DNA of 64,000 nucleotides, taken from NCBI GenBank assembly GCA_029287915.1, contig JARFQE010000096.1:3238-67237 (forward strand), given 5' to 3'. Position 1 is the stretch's first letter; every line of letters begins with the position of its first letter. A program made the position numbers and the translations under genes. The notes beneath the pieces were generated by a model. That model did no database searches. It saw only the letters and a list, made by a program, of their open reading frames with translations, and was not told the DNA's origin. Positions 8,967 to 19,438 of this stretch are shown here, piece after piece. The DNA comes from Arenicellales bacterium (GTDB taxonomy: Bacteria > Pseudomonadota > Gammaproteobacteria > BMS3Bbin11).

Positions 8967-9836
8967 TTATCGATGGAGACTGCTGACCAGTTCAGCATAG
9001 CCAGTCTGATCAGGATCCAGCAGGCCATGGCGGATCAGGAAGTCAATGATGACCAGGTTGCAGTTAGGCTTGAAATCTTCTGATTCACGTATGATTTCCA
9101 TCACCACCCTGACCGGCATCAACTCAAATGATTCGACTTCCCCATCTGTGCAGACAGGGTAGAAATCGTCGGGCAGTTCAATGTCATAACAGTACAGTGT
9201 ATCAGGCTTGATGCCTTTTTCTGATTCAGCAAGATAGCTGACTGTGCCGGTCGGGAGCGCCTGTCGTGTCAGGTATTCATCCATACCCGCTTCTTCAGCG
9301 CACTCCTTTATCAGATTCTGCTGTAGACTAATATGCCAGGGAAGACCACCGGCGACCATGTTATCCAGCTTGCCCGGCGCGATATACCTGTCTCTCGCAC
9401 GACGTGCTATCCATAAGTAAATGCCATCACTTTTTCGAACAAAACCGTTCAGGTGCTGACCAAAGCTACGCAGGCCAAAATGGGGCACAGCGGATCTATC
9501 CAGCGTCATGACAGCGTGACTTCTGTCACCGGCTGTAACAGGATAGGGTTCATGGAGATAGCTTCTGATGACATTTTTTTCTATCAGGTCATGGAGGATC
9601 TTATCCACGGTTTTGCTGCGTGTTTTGAAGTCCTGAATTTTGTCAGTAAGTCGTATTGAAACCTGGTCCAGAATAAAGACCTCAGGCCAGGCGGAAAGAT
9701 GTTCAGCAAAATCGGGTTTCAGCCAGCCGGTCTGCCTGTCATCAATGATAAAAGGGATGTAGTTATCTGTATTCGCTACGTTGCAGCTGTTTACTCTATC
9801 AAGGTAAGCGCGGTAATCTCTACTAGAACTTTTCAT
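8967..9836 (-). CDS. NUDIX hydrolase with N-terminal DUF4743-like domain
   Basis: A Nudix box is present: GGLPWHISLQQNLIKECAEEAGM (G.5E.7REuxEExGu). The N-terminal half carries 'GLRSFGQHLNGFV', typical of this two-domain family. Confidence 0.8.
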   Translation of the reverse strand: MKSSSRDYRAYLDRVNSCNVANTDNYIPFIIDDRQTGWLKPDFAEHLSAWPEVFILDQVSIRLTDKIQDFKTRSKTVDKILHDLIEKNVIRSYLHEPYPVTAGDRSHAVMTLDRSAVPHFGLRSFGQHLNGFVRKSDGIYLWIARRARDRYIAPGKLDNMVAGGLPWHISLQQNLIKECAEEAGMDEYLTRQALPTGTVSYLAESEKGIKPDTLYCYDIELPDDFYPVCTDGEVESFELMPVRVVMEIIRESEDFKPNCNLVIIDFLIRHGLLDPDQTGYAELVSSLHR

Positions 9837-9950
9837 TATGCAATCATATTTATGGCATTATTTTTCTTCTAATTTTCGGGAAGTTATTTTAGTCGCTTAG
9901 ATGCTATTATTACACGCATTTATATACCCAGTGAATGACGCAGGATAAAT

Positions 9951-11150
9951 ATGATTATAGGAACCCCCCTTTCAGCCGGCGCAATAAGGGTAATGCTGCT
10001 GGGTAGTGGAGAATTAGGCAAGGAAGTAATTATTGCTCTACAGAGGCTGGGTGTGGAAGTGGTCGCAGTAGATCGCTATGCCAATGCACCGGGTCATCAG
10101 GTAGCGCATCGTGCCCATGTTATCGACATGGCCGATGCCAGTTCATTACGAGCACTGGTAGAAGAGGAAAAACCTCATTACATTATCCCGGAAATAGAGG
10201 CTATCGCCACTGATGAACTGGCTGCCATTGAAGCAGCAGGTCTTTGTACGGTGATTCCAACAGCGCGGGCAACACAGCTGACAATGAACCGTGAAGGAAT
10301 ACGCCGGCTGGCAGCAGAAGAACTTGGCCTTGCAACATCGAAATATGCTTTCGCTGAATCCAAACAGGAACTTACCGAAGCAATTGAAAAGTTCATCGGT
10401 TTTCCATGTATTGTTAAACCGGTAATGTCGTCTTCCGGCAAAGGGCAGTCACTGATCAATGGTCCACAGGATATTCAACAGGCCTGGAATTACGCCATCT
10501 CCGGTGGACGGGTTGATACCAGCCGGATAATAGTCGAAGAAAAAATTGAATTCGATTTCGAAATTACCTTACTGACAGTACGCGCTCTGAATCCCGCAGG
10601 TGAAACAGAAACAGTCTTCTGTGAACCTGTCGGACATATCCAGCGTCGTGGGGATTATGTAGAAAGCTGGCAGCCCCAGGCAATGAGTGAGGATGCACTT
10701 GCACGCGCTCAGGAGATGGCGCGGGCCGTTACTGATAACCTAGGCGGACGAGGTCTTTTTGGTGTTGAATTGTTTATTCGTGGTGATGAAGTATTTTTCA
10801 GCGAAGTCAGTCCGCGTCCTCACGATACTGGCATGGTGACCATGGCAAGCCAGATACAGAATGAATTTGAACTGCATGCTCGAGCAGTACTCGGACTGCC
10901 AGTTTCGACAGTGTTGCGGACGGCCGCAGCCAGCGCTGTGATCTATGGCGAGATGGAACAGCAGGGGATAGCCTTCGATGGTATCGAACGTGCCCTTGCG
11001 GTGCCGCAATCTGATCTTCGGATGTTCGGTAAACCGGAAGCGTTTAAACGTCGGCGTATGGGAGTGGCCTTAGCCTATGCAGAGAATGTGGAGACAGCAC
11101 GTGAAAATGCAAAGAAAGCGGCTGCCCTTGTCAGGCCGCTTAAGGTTTGA
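9951..11150 (+). CDS. purT: Formate-dependent phosphoribosylglycinamide formyltransferase (GAR transformylase 2)
   Basis: The protein is near-colinear with E. coli PurT ([46 protein letters not shown]...RRMGVALA) at 399 aa. AGGA RBS is present. Confidence 0.95.
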   Translation: MIIGTPLSAGAIRVMLLGSGELGKEVIIALQRLGVEVVAVDRYANAPGHQVAHRAHVIDMADASSLRALVEEEKPHYIIPEIEAIATDELAAIEAAGLCTVIPTARATQLTMNREGIRRLAAEELGLATSKYAFAESKQELTEAIEKFIGFPCIVKPVMSSSGKGQSLINGPQDIQQAWNYAISGGRVDTSRIIVEEKIEFDFEITLLTVRALNPAGETETVFCEPVGHIQRRGDYVESWQPQAMSEDALARAQEMARAVTDNLGGRGLFGVELFIRGDEVFFSEVSPRPHDTGMVTMASQIQNEFELHARAVLGLPVSTVLRTAAASAVIYGEMEQQGIAFDGIERALAVPQSDLRMFGKPEAFKRRRMGVALAYAENVETARENAKKAAALVRPLKV

Positions 11151-11307
11151 GGTTTGTCTTCATGATTTTGTATGCTGTAGTCATTTCGGCTTATAGTGAA
11201 GTCGTTAAAATAGGCAAGGTGGCAGAACGTGCACTATAACAATTCAATCAGGCAGGACACTTCGTCGCCTCTTGACTCTGACGTCAGGTATACAGGAAAA
11301 GGTCAAC

Positions 11308-11859
11308 ATGGCACAGCAATACCCTGAAATATCAGAAAAGTTGCAGCAGTTTATTAAAAATCAAAAGATCTTCTTTGTAGGTACTGCAGCTGTCGATGGG
11401 CGAGTAAATATCTCACCAAAAGGGATGGACTCCCTGCGAGTTTTGGATGGGAATCGCTTAGCCTGGCTAAACGTAACCGGAAGTGGAAATGAAACATCAG
11501 CGCATGTTCAGGAAAATCCTCGAATGACCTTGATGTTTTTGGCATTTGAGGGGAACCCTATGATTTTGCGTGTATACGGTAAAGCAAAGGTTATTCATAA
11601 AAATGACTGTCAATGGGAAGATCTGTATGCACTGTTCAGCCCAAATCCAGGTTCAAGACAGATATATGATCTGGCTGTTGACCTCGTTCAAACCTCGTGC
11701 GGAATGTCAGTGCCTTTTTTTGATTATGTTGGTGATCGTGAACAACTTAACGATTGGGCAGCAAAAAAGGGAGATTCAGGCATTCGGGATTACTGGAATG
11801 AAAAGAACCAGATAAGTATAGATGGAAAGCCAACTAACATTATGGAAAAAAATACCTGA
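11308..11859 (+). CDS. Pyridoxamine 5'-phosphate oxidase-like FMN-binding split-barrel family protein
   Basis: 'IFFVGTAAVDGRVNISPKG' and the overall size fit PNPOx-like proteins. The start is placed at MAQQY (GGAAAAGG RBS) rather than the caller's upstream start. Confidence 0.7.
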   Translation: MAQQYPEISEKLQQFIKNQKIFFVGTAAVDGRVNISPKGMDSLRVLDGNRLAWLNVTGSGNETSAHVQENPRMTLMFLAFEGNPMILRVYGKAKVIHKNDCQWEDLYALFSPNPGSRQIYDLAVDLVQTSCGMSVPFFDYVGDREQLNDWAAKKGDSGIRDYWNEKNQISIDGKPTNIMEKNT

Positions 11860-11999
11860 CTAATCGTTCAGGCTACAACTTAAACTAAATGTTATGTTTA
11901 CTAAACAAAATTGATGCCTTAGAAATCGGCGGTCAGAAGTCCGCGATCTGACCGGGTTTTCATTTTATGGACTGTGCATGTGTTGTGCAGGAGGTAAAC

Positions 12000-13106
12000 A
12001 TGAGTAACAAAGTAACACGCTATCGGGAAAAGCGTTTATCGGCTTGGTTGAAATCAATGCTGATTATTCCATATTTAATATTTTTCGTTTCTGACTGCGC
12101 CATTGCTCAGGCAGATAGTGAAACTCAGGGCGATAGATTTGAATTCGCGCTGATTGGCGACATGCCGTATGACGGAAAACAGAGAAAAGAATTTGGCCGG
12201 GTAATGAAGGAGATAAACCTTGCTGATCTGGCCTTTGTTGTTCATGACGGCGATTTCTGGTATGACGGAATAGCCTGGAAGGATTCTATCGAAGGTTTTC
12301 CACCATGCAGCGACGAGGCCTTTCAGGACCGTTTCAATCTGGCCGAGGATTCTAGCCACCCTTTTGTTCTGGTGCCTGGTGATAACGACTGGACTGATTG
12401 TCACCGCGCAAAACCGCATGCCTTTGAGCCGCTTGAAAGGCTGGACAAACTCCGCAAGATTTTCTTCCAGGGTAATAGGAGTCTTGGTAAGCGAACCATG
12501 CGCCTGGTTCGGCAAAGTAAAGATGTTCGTTATGCCAAGTTTCGCGAGAACGTTCGCTGGACCTATGGTGATGTTCTATTTGTTACGCTACACATGGTAG
12601 GTAGCAACAATAATTTAGGACGTACTGCAGAAATGGATGCGGAATACACTGAGCGGAACGCCGCCAACCTCGTATGGATGCAAGAAGCCTTTGCACAGGC
12701 CAATGATAACGGCAATAAAGCCATCGTCATCATTGCCCATGCAAACCCGCAGTTTGAAAATACCTGGCCTGCTAAACTGCAGAAGAGATACATGCTACAG
12801 GGTGTGGGATTTACACCACCCGAAACGAGAAGAGAAACTGGCTTTGATGATTTTCTTGCGGCACTCGAGGAAGAGACGCTGACATTTGGCAAGCCCGTGG
12901 TGTATGTGCATGGCGACACCCACACATTTCGCGTAGACAAGCCTCTCGTTGGATCTTTCAGTCAACGGATGATTGAGAATTTTACCCGCGTAGAAACTAT
13001 TGGTTACAAAGATACGCATTGGATTCGAGCAATCGTCGATGCCGAAGATCCAAATGTATTCAGCTTCAGACTGGAAATCGTAAAGGAAAATCGAGCCGAG
13101 CACTGA
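12000..13106 (+). CDS. Secreted metallophosphoesterase (calcineurin-like) family protein
   Basis: GGAGG RBS precedes the ATG. There is a signal peptide or signal anchor. Ordered metallophosphatase motifs are present: IGDMPY, VVHDGDF, VPGDNDW, IAHANP and VYVHGDTHTF. Confidence 0.75.
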   Translation: MSNKVTRYREKRLSAWLKSMLIIPYLIFFVSDCAIAQADSETQGDRFEFALIGDMPYDGKQRKEFGRVMKEINLADLAFVVHDGDFWYDGIAWKDSIEGFPPCSDEAFQDRFNLAEDSSHPFVLVPGDNDWTDCHRAKPHAFEPLERLDKLRKIFFQGNRSLGKRTMRLVRQSKDVRYAKFRENVRWTYGDVLFVTLHMVGSNNNLGRTAEMDAEYTERNAANLVWMQEAFAQANDNGNKAIVIIAHANPQFENTWPAKLQKRYMLQGVGFTPPETRRETGFDDFLAALEEETLTFGKPVVYVHGDTHTFRVDKPLVGSFSQRMIENFTRVETIGYKDTHWIRAIVDAEDPNVFSFRLEIVKENRAEH

Positions 13107-13170
13107 GTAAAAAGGATGAGAGTCATTACAGAGTATTAAAACCGGGGTCACAAAAGGGTCTATATCAGCC

Positions 13171-15036
13171 ATGGGACCAGCAAACACAAAAAGGAGATTA
13201 ACCGCGATCCTGGCGGCAGATGTTGTCGGTTATAGCCGCCTCATGAGCGAGCATGAGGAACGTACGCTACGTGTCCTAAATCAGTGTCTGCTCATTTTTA
13301 GAAAGCTCATCCCTCAACATCATGGTCGTATCTTTGGCGGGGCAGGTGACAGCATTATTGCGGAGTTCCCTAGCTCGGTGGAAGCCGTACGCTGTGCAGT
13401 AGAGATCCAGAAGGCTTTGGCTGTTCGCAATACCGAGGCACGCAATGATGAATGTATGAAATTCCGTATAGGCATCAGCATCGGCGATGTCATTGTCGAG
13501 GGCGATAATCTCATGGGTGAAAGCGTAAATATTGCCTCGCGCCTTGAAGGAATCGCGGAACCGGGTTGTATTGTCATTTCCGCTGATGTCTACAATCAAA
13601 TACGCAACAAAGTGCAGGCTGAATTTCAGGATCTAGGCCTACAGGTGCTGAAGAATATTCCAGAGCCCATCGGTACCTATCAGTTGTTTACAGAACGGTC
13701 TTCAGGTGCCGTCGCCAAACGGACAAGGCAGATATCAGTTGCCACTCGGTCCCGTCGCCGATTCACAGTTTCGGCCACTATTGCGGCTTTGGCTTTCATC
13801 CTGGTAGTCTGGTTCGCCTCCCAGCATTATTTACCGGCGCCAGACACCGAAAATCCATCTATCGCAGTACTGCCGTTCACCAACATGAGTGGGGACCCTG
13901 AACAGGAGTACTTTGTTGATGGGATTACCGAAGACATCATCACTGATTTTTCTCGCCTGTCGAATCTGACCGTCATCGCATGGAACACATCAGCTAGTTT
14001 CAAGGGAGATGCTGTCCAGCCACAGCAAGTCGGCAAAGAACTAGGGGTGGCATATGTGCTGGATGGAAGTGTACGTAAGTCCGGTAACCGCCTCCGCATC
14101 ACTGCCCAACTTCTTGACGCTGAAAACGGTAATCATATCTGGGCGGAACGTTACGACCGTAAGCTCACTGAAGTTTTTGAACTTCAGGATGAAGTTACCA
14201 AGAAGATAGTGAACGCATTGGCCATCAGGCTAACGGCAGCTGAAAAAGAAAAACTGGGTCAAACGAGCACAAACAATATCGCGGCCTATGATGCCTTTCT
14301 ACGCGGACAGCAATATTCGTTGCAACGTACTAAAGAAGGTAACGAGTCGGCGCGCGATGCCTATCGACATGCCATCGAGTTAGATCCTACTTACGCACGT
14401 GCCTATGGCGCACTTGCAGTGTCACTAACAAGAGGCTTTCGCAACGCCTGGATCGATCTGACCCTGGAAGAAGCTCGGGCCCGAGCACTGGAACTGGTAC
14501 AAAAGGCAGTTGCGCTTGATCGATCATCACCACAAGTCTACTGGGCTTTGGGCTATGTGTACCTTAACAGCGAACAGTATGATGATGCCTCTAGTGCTGC
14601 AAAGCAGGCCGTCGAGCTGGCGCCAAACTATGCTGATGGTTTTGGTTTGCTTGCATTCGTCAACTATGTTCAGGGCAACATGGAGGAAGCTATTCGTTAC
14701 ACCCAGAAAGCAATGGCCCTGAATCCTTATTACACTTACGAATATCCTTTGAATCTAGGCCGGTCTTACTACACGCTGGGCCGCTATGCTGAGGCTATTG
14801 AGGCTCTGCAAGAAGCGCTCGAACACAACCAGAACGCCCAGGCTCCACGTCTATTTCTCGCCGCAAGTTATGTCAGGCTCGGAAGGCAGGATGATGCGGA
14901 GTGGGAAATTGAACAAATTGAGATACTCAATCCCGGCACAACACTCAAACACCTTGCCAGTGCGTATCCTATTAAAGACCGACAGCAGATGAATGCTTTT
15001 CTTGAGGACCTGCGCAAAGCCGGACTACCGGAATGA
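13171..15036 (+). CDS. Class III adenylate/guanylate cyclase domain protein with TM segment, TolB-N-like domain and C-terminal TPR repeats
   Basis: An N-terminal CHD is present with both metal-binding Asp (LAADVVGYS; GDSIIAEF) and transition-state N/R (GESVNIASRLE). A TM segment (IAALAFILVVWFA) follows, then 'IAVLPFTNMSGDPEQEYFVDGITEDIITDFSRL' (TolB-like), then several TPR-like helices. Confidence 0.85.
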   Translation: MGPANTKRRLTAILAADVVGYSRLMSEHEERTLRVLNQCLLIFRKLIPQHHGRIFGGAGDSIIAEFPSSVEAVRCAVEIQKALAVRNTEARNDECMKFRIGISIGDVIVEGDNLMGESVNIASRLEGIAEPGCIVISADVYNQIRNKVQAEFQDLGLQVLKNIPEPIGTYQLFTERSSGAVAKRTRQISVATRSRRRFTVSATIAALAFILVVWFASQHYLPAPDTENPSIAVLPFTNMSGDPEQEYFVDGITEDIITDFSRLSNLTVIAWNTSASFKGDAVQPQQVGKELGVAYVLDGSVRKSGNRLRITAQLLDAENGNHIWAERYDRKLTEVFELQDEVTKKIVNALAIRLTAAEKEKLGQTSTNNIAAYDAFLRGQQYSLQRTKEGNESARDAYRHAIELDPTYARAYGALAVSLTRGFRNAWIDLTLEEARARALELVQKAVALDRSSPQVYWALGYVYLNSEQYDDASSAAKQAVELAPNYADGFGLLAFVNYVQGNMEEAIRYTQKAMALNPYYTYEYPLNLGRSYYTLGRYAEAIEALQEALEHNQNAQAPRLFLAASYVRLGRQDDAEWEIEQIEILNPGTTLKHLASAYPIKDRQQMNAFLEDLRKAGLPE

Positions 15037-15150
15037 CCAACATTGGTCCAACAGAGACTATTTTCTTCGATTTGAAAATGTCGACCATTGAGAATTCTGA
15101 GCTATCTAACGATTTTTATTGGGTGTCAACTAACTCAGTACAGCAGGCAA

Positions 15151-17067
15151 TCAAGTATCGCAAATAGGCTGGTTCACCAAATAACTATATGATTGCAAAC
15201 TTGCCTTCAATTCTTGCAGCAGTTCATCGCGTTCAGCTTCTGGCAGTTCGCATGCCAGTGCTTTATCAATAATACGTTGCCGAATCAGTTCAGGGTCGTA
15301 CTCAACCCTGGACAGCAACTGGCTAACATTTTCACCGCAAAAGATGTTCTCAAGCTCTATCCTTCCTTCCGGGTCATGGACAATATTGACGGTTGCCGTA
15401 TCACCAAACAGGTTATGAATATCACCCAGCGTTTCCTGGTACGCACCGACCAGAAAGAATCCGAGCAAGTATTTTTCACCATTGGAGATGTCATGCAGTG
15501 GCAGGGTATTCGTAATACTATCCCGCTCAACATAGAGATCAATTCTGCCATCGGAGTCACAGGTCAGGTCATGCAGTATCGCTCGTTGTTGCGGTTCTTC
15601 ATCGAGGCGCTGTAAAGGCACTATAGGAAATACCTGATCGATTGCCCAGACATCAGGTATGGACTGGAAAATAGAGAAATTACAGAATACTTTGTCAGCA
15701 ATTATTTCATTGAGTTCATGCAGGATAGGCTGTAGTGAATGGTTTGCCGGGTCAATGGTGGCATGGAGACGATGGCATATCGCATAATACAGCCGTTCAG
15801 CTTTTGCCCGTTCATCAAGCGCTATTAATCCCTGGTTAAAGCGTAGCTGGATTTCCTGCATGTTATAGATGGCATCATGGAAAACTTCACGTAGTGCGCC
15901 ACCCTGATCCATTATTTTTAGCTGATTTCGCAGGTCAAGCAGAAAATCGGACTCGTTGGCATCAGCTGGGGGAACGCCAAATTCGTGTTTTTCAACTTCT
16001 GTCACATCGGTGATCAGTACCGCATGATGGGCGGCGAGTGCTCGGCCGGACTCACTGAAGATATCAGGCATCTGAAGATTGTTCTGCTGACATACGCTGG
16101 CAAAGGCCTGAACAACCTTATTGGCATACTCCTCGGGCCTGTAATTAACCGAACAGTTGCTGCGCGTCCGTGTCCCTTCATAATCTATACCCAGTCCTCC
16201 TCCAACATCAACGACTTTTATACGGGCGCCCATCTTGTTGAGCTGCAGCAGAAATTGTGCAGCTTCCCCCAGTCCGTTTTGAATATCACGTATATTAGAT
16301 ATCTGCGAGCCCAGATGTACGTGTAGAAGCTCCAGGCAGTCGAGCATACCGGTCTCTCGTAATTGCTTGATTGCAGTAATGACCTGTGATGATGTCAGTC
16401 CAAATTTAGATCGTTCGCCACCTGAGTTTTGCCAGTTGCCACTCGCTATTGATGCTAGCTTGAGACGAATACCGATCAGTGGTTTTATGCTGCTGTGCTG
16501 AGACTCTCTGAGTATCAGCTGTAGTTCAGATAGTTTCTCAATGACAAGGTAAACCTGCATTCCCATGCGCCGACCAGCCAGGGCAAGTCGAATATACTCC
16601 CTGTCTTTGTAACCGTTGCAGACAATGGTGCCATTAGTGGCTGACAGGGCAAGTACTGTCAGTAGCTCCGGCTTGCTGCCCGCTTCAAGTCCAAGTCGAC
16701 TTCCTTCTGTCTTCAGCATTTCTTCAACCACGTTTCGGTTCTGATTGACCTTGATCGGATAGATCGGGCTGTAGCGAGCAGAAAGCGCTGACTTTTCCAG
16801 CGCTTTGTCGAAAGCCTTGCAAAGATCGCTAATGCGTTTATGCAGGATGTAAGGAATGCGTACCAGCAACGGTAGTGACAGACCGTTTCGCTGTGCGATT
16901 TGGGCCACATCATAAAGATCAATCAGTGGAATACCATCACTACTGTCAACGATAAGATGACCACTGGCGGAGATATCAAAGTAGCCTTCTCCCCAGCCAG
17001 CTATGTTATAGGTTTGCAGTGATTTTTCTGTGCTCCAGTCTGACATACATTTACCACTCAGAGACAT
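15151..17067 (-). CDS. speA: Biosynthetic arginine decarboxylase
   Basis: The protein is colinear with E. coli SpeA (YPIKVNQ, GLEAGSKPEL, CNGYKDREYIRLAL, LLHFHLGSQ, DCSVNY, LGDTH-like C-terminus). The start may be the second ATG at 17046. Confidence 0.95.
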   Translation of the reverse strand: MSLSGKCMSDWSTEKSLQTYNIAGWGEGYFDISASGHLIVDSSDGIPLIDLYDVAQIAQRNGLSLPLLVRIPYILHKRISDLCKAFDKALEKSALSARYSPIYPIKVNQNRNVVEEMLKTEGSRLGLEAGSKPELLTVLALSATNGTIVCNGYKDREYIRLALAGRRMGMQVYLVIEKLSELQLILRESQHSSIKPLIGIRLKLASIASGNWQNSGGERSKFGLTSSQVITAIKQLRETGMLDCLELLHVHLGSQISNIRDIQNGLGEAAQFLLQLNKMGARIKVVDVGGGLGIDYEGTRTRSNCSVNYRPEEYANKVVQAFASVCQQNNLQMPDIFSESGRALAAHHAVLITDVTEVEKHEFGVPPADANESDFLLDLRNQLKIMDQGGALREVFHDAIYNMQEIQLRFNQGLIALDERAKAERLYYAICHRLHATIDPANHSLQPILHELNEIIADKVFCNFSIFQSIPDVWAIDQVFPIVPLQRLDEEPQQRAILHDLTCDSDGRIDLYVERDSITNTLPLHDISNGEKYLLGFFLVGAYQETLGDIHNLFGDTATVNIVHDPEGRIELENIFCGENVSQLLSRVEYDPELIRQRIIDKALACELPEAERDELLQELKASLQSYSYLVNQPICDT

Positions 17068-17135
17068 TCGAGGTATGCTTAATAAGGATTCGGTAATATT
17101 ATCACGGAATAACAGCTATAATTGGCGTAAGTTTT

Positions 17136-17990
17136 TTGATGTTGAACAGTGATCGAAACAGGATGAAGTTGAATAGCGATAAATGGTTTAGCGAAGTCTA
17201 CCCCGACGATGGCTGCGCCCTGTCACTTGAGTTGTCTGAGAAGCTGTATGAAGAGCAGACACCTTGGCAGAAACTGGAGGTCTACCAAACGACAAAGTTC
17301 GGTAATCTCATGTTACTGGATGGCTGTGTAATGTTAACAGGAAGGGACAATTTCATTTATCATGAAATGATGACCCACCCGGCACTCTGTATGCATTCGG
17401 CGCCAAAGAAAGTTCTTATCATCGGCGGTGGTGATTGTGGGTGTTTGCGTGAAGTCCTCAAGCATCCGATAGTCAAAAATGTGCATCAGGTCGACCTTGA
17501 TGAGCGAGTAACATGGGCATCAGAAAAATATTTCCCGGAGTTGTGTGAGTCGAATAATGATCCACGTGCTATTTTAAGTTTCACTGATGGAGTTGTCTTT
17601 ATTGAGCAGGCGGCAGGTAATAGCTACGATGTAATCATAGTGGACTCGGTTGATCCGGTCGGTCAGGCCGCTCGGCTTTACAGCGAGGAATTCTATCGAG
17701 CCTGTTATTCCAGCCTGTCAGAGAATGGTATTCTGGTAGCGCAAAGTGAGTCGCCATTATTTCATCGGGATCTGATCAAGAGTATGCAGACCAGAATGGC
17801 CGATGCTGGGTTTAATGATGTAACGACGCTGTTCTTTCCTCAATGTACCTATCCATCAGGCTGGTGGAGTGCAAGCATGGCTTTCAAGGGCAGCAAGCCG
17901 TTGAATTACAGGACGGTCGACTTTAACACCGAATATTATAATAATGATATTCACCTGGCGGCCCAGGCTGTACCACAATTTTTGCGGTAA
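17136..17990 (+). CDS. speE: Polyamine aminopropyltransferase (spermidine synthase)
   Basis: 'DEFIYHEMMTHPAL', 'VLIIGGGDCGCLREV' and 'VIIVDSVDPVGQAARLYSEEFY' match SpeE. The gene is divergent from speA across a 68-bp gap. The start is ambiguous: ATG at 17136 or 17163. Confidence 0.9.
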   Translation: MMLNSDRNRMKLNSDKWFSEVYPDDGCALSLELSEKLYEEQTPWQKLEVYQTTKFGNLMLLDGCVMLTGRDNFIYHEMMTHPALCMHSAPKKVLIIGGGDCGCLREVLKHPIVKNVHQVDLDERVTWASEKYFPELCESNNDPRAILSFTDGVVFIEQAAGNSYDVIIVDSVDPVGQAARLYSEEFYRACYSSLSENGILVAQSESPLFHRDLIKSMQTRMADAGFNDVTTLFFPQCTYPSGWWSASMAFKGSKPLNYRTVDFNTEYYNNDIHLAAQAVPQFLR

Positions 17991-18006
17991 GCATTAGTAA
18001 AATAGT

Positions 18007-18981
18007 ATGAAAAGAACCTCTGTTGCACTGATTCTGATATTTTGCCTGTCGGGAACACCCGTGCCTGCAAAGGCGAATAACGGAATGACTGATATGATGA
18101 GAATCATGATGGATATGTTCCTGTGGATGATGGGCGGTGGTTCTGGTGGCCTGAACTCATATCGTAATCCATATAACCTGGGAGGCATAGGTAACCCATT
18201 GCTGACAGGTACCATGCTGGGAAATCCACTTTTGGGTAGCGCGTCAGGATGGGGTGCTGGCTTGCCTTATAACTCTCTGGGCATGTACTCATCACCCGCT
18301 TATTCAGGTTTTTCACCCTATGGCGGTTCTTATGCAAATCCTTACACTAACCTCTATGGTATTCCATACAGTTCGCCGTACAGCTCGGGCTTCTACGGCA
18401 ATCAACCTTACAGCAGTCAGGGTTACTACAACCCATACTACCCAAATTATTACAATACGAGGCCACCTTATGGGAGCCCATATCGGACTGGCCCGTACTG
18501 GCGGCCCGGCGAATACAGCAGGTATGGAACTCGTGCCCCGTCATCCGGGAATAAAGCGCCTGTTGTTATTCAACCAATTATAGTCAGTCCGGAACAGCAG
18601 CAGGCTACAGATCAGCAACAACAGGGTGAATCTAAACCGAAAATATCAGTAGAAGTTTTACCACCAGTAACTTCACCGATGGCAGTGGAACCTGTCGCTC
18701 CAGATTATTCTTATAATGGCCGGGTCTGGGATTATGACAACCCACTTTATGGGCATTGGCAAGGCATTAATGGAGAATATCTGGAATTTGGAAACGACAG
18801 GTTCCGTCTGCGTTCAATTGATGATGAACTGCAAGGAACTTACGAGGTAAAAAATAGCATTATCAAGGCAGTCATTGCAGACAGGGCAGAGCCGGTCTAC
18901 ATGCAGTATCGTCTGGCCGATGGATATTTGATGTTCCGCTCTGAAGATGGACAGGCAATGTTGTTCCGCCGCCTGCCTTAG
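18007..18981 (+). CDS. Secreted low-complexity protein: Met-rich N-terminal segment, Gly/Tyr/Pro/Ser-rich core and a globular C-terminal domain
   Basis: A signal peptide (ALILIFCLSGTPVPAKA) is followed by MTDMMRIMMDMFLWMM. About 150 aa of the core consist of YG/PY/SS repeats (…SPYSSGFYGNQPYSSQGYYNPYYPNYYNTRPPYGSPY…). A Q-rich linker follows, then a non-repetitive 100-aa domain. No family is recognised. Confidence 0.6.
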   Translation: MKRTSVALILIFCLSGTPVPAKANNGMTDMMRIMMDMFLWMMGGGSGGLNSYRNPYNLGGIGNPLLTGTMLGNPLLGSASGWGAGLPYNSLGMYSSPAYSGFSPYGGSYANPYTNLYGIPYSSPYSSGFYGNQPYSSQGYYNPYYPNYYNTRPPYGSPYRTGPYWRPGEYSRYGTRAPSSGNKAPVVIQPIIVSPEQQQATDQQQQGESKPKISVEVLPPVTSPMAVEPVAPDYSYNGRVWDYDNPLYGHWQGINGEYLEFGNDRFRLRSIDDELQGTYEVKNSIIKAVIADRAEPVYMQYRLADGYLMFRSEDGQAMLFRRLP

Positions 18982-18983
18982 TA

Positions 18984-19367
18984 TCAATCGGAAGCCTGGT
19001 GATTGCTGAGGTCGACCTCAAACATTTCTCTGTTGTACCCATGAATCGAGTCATGTGCACGGATTGTAACAGCGCTGACATCCTGAGGAATACGGACGCC
19101 TGATAGGCTGCGGGTGAAGGGCTGTTCATTGACATGTGGATGTGCCAGGACCCGTTTGCCAAGCACGTCACCAGCAGGTGTCAGCACTTCCCAGCCATCG
19201 GCATAGTGGTCCCAGCCTGTGTCATCATGTTCGATCGTTACATCGAATCGATAACTGCCCTGGTTATTTGTTACTTTGACGTCAATAATATTAGCCTGAC
19301 CGGCGAAGGCAGGGCTGCATAGCAAAAGTATAAGAGGAATATAAAAGATGGCTTTTGGTGTTTTCAT
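18984..19367 (-). CDS. Hypothetical secreted protein (127 aa)
   Basis: A signal peptide (IPLILLLCSPAFA|GQ) is present. The gene is tail-to-tail with the preceding gene across a 2-bp gap. No family is recognised. Confidence 0.5.
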   Translation of the reverse strand: MKTPKAIFYIPLILLLCSPAFAGQANIIDVKVTNNQGSYRFDVTIEHDDTGWDHYADGWEVLTPAGDVLGKRVLAHPHVNEQPFTRSLSGVRIPQDVSAVTIRAHDSIHGYNREMFEVDLSNHQASD

Positions 19368-19438
19368 ATTAAGAGACCTTTAAAGACCGTATCAGTTTCA
19401 GGTTGCGGGTTGCAAATTTCAGGTCTTAGCAGCGCGGA

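Noticed and set aside
17136-17190. Near-duplicate 15-bp direct repeat (ttgaacagtgatcgaaa / ttgaatagcgataaa) at the speE 5' end
   Set aside because: It is imperfect and short. It most likely only reflects start-codon ambiguity (MMLNSD… versus MKLNSD…) rather than a functional repeat.
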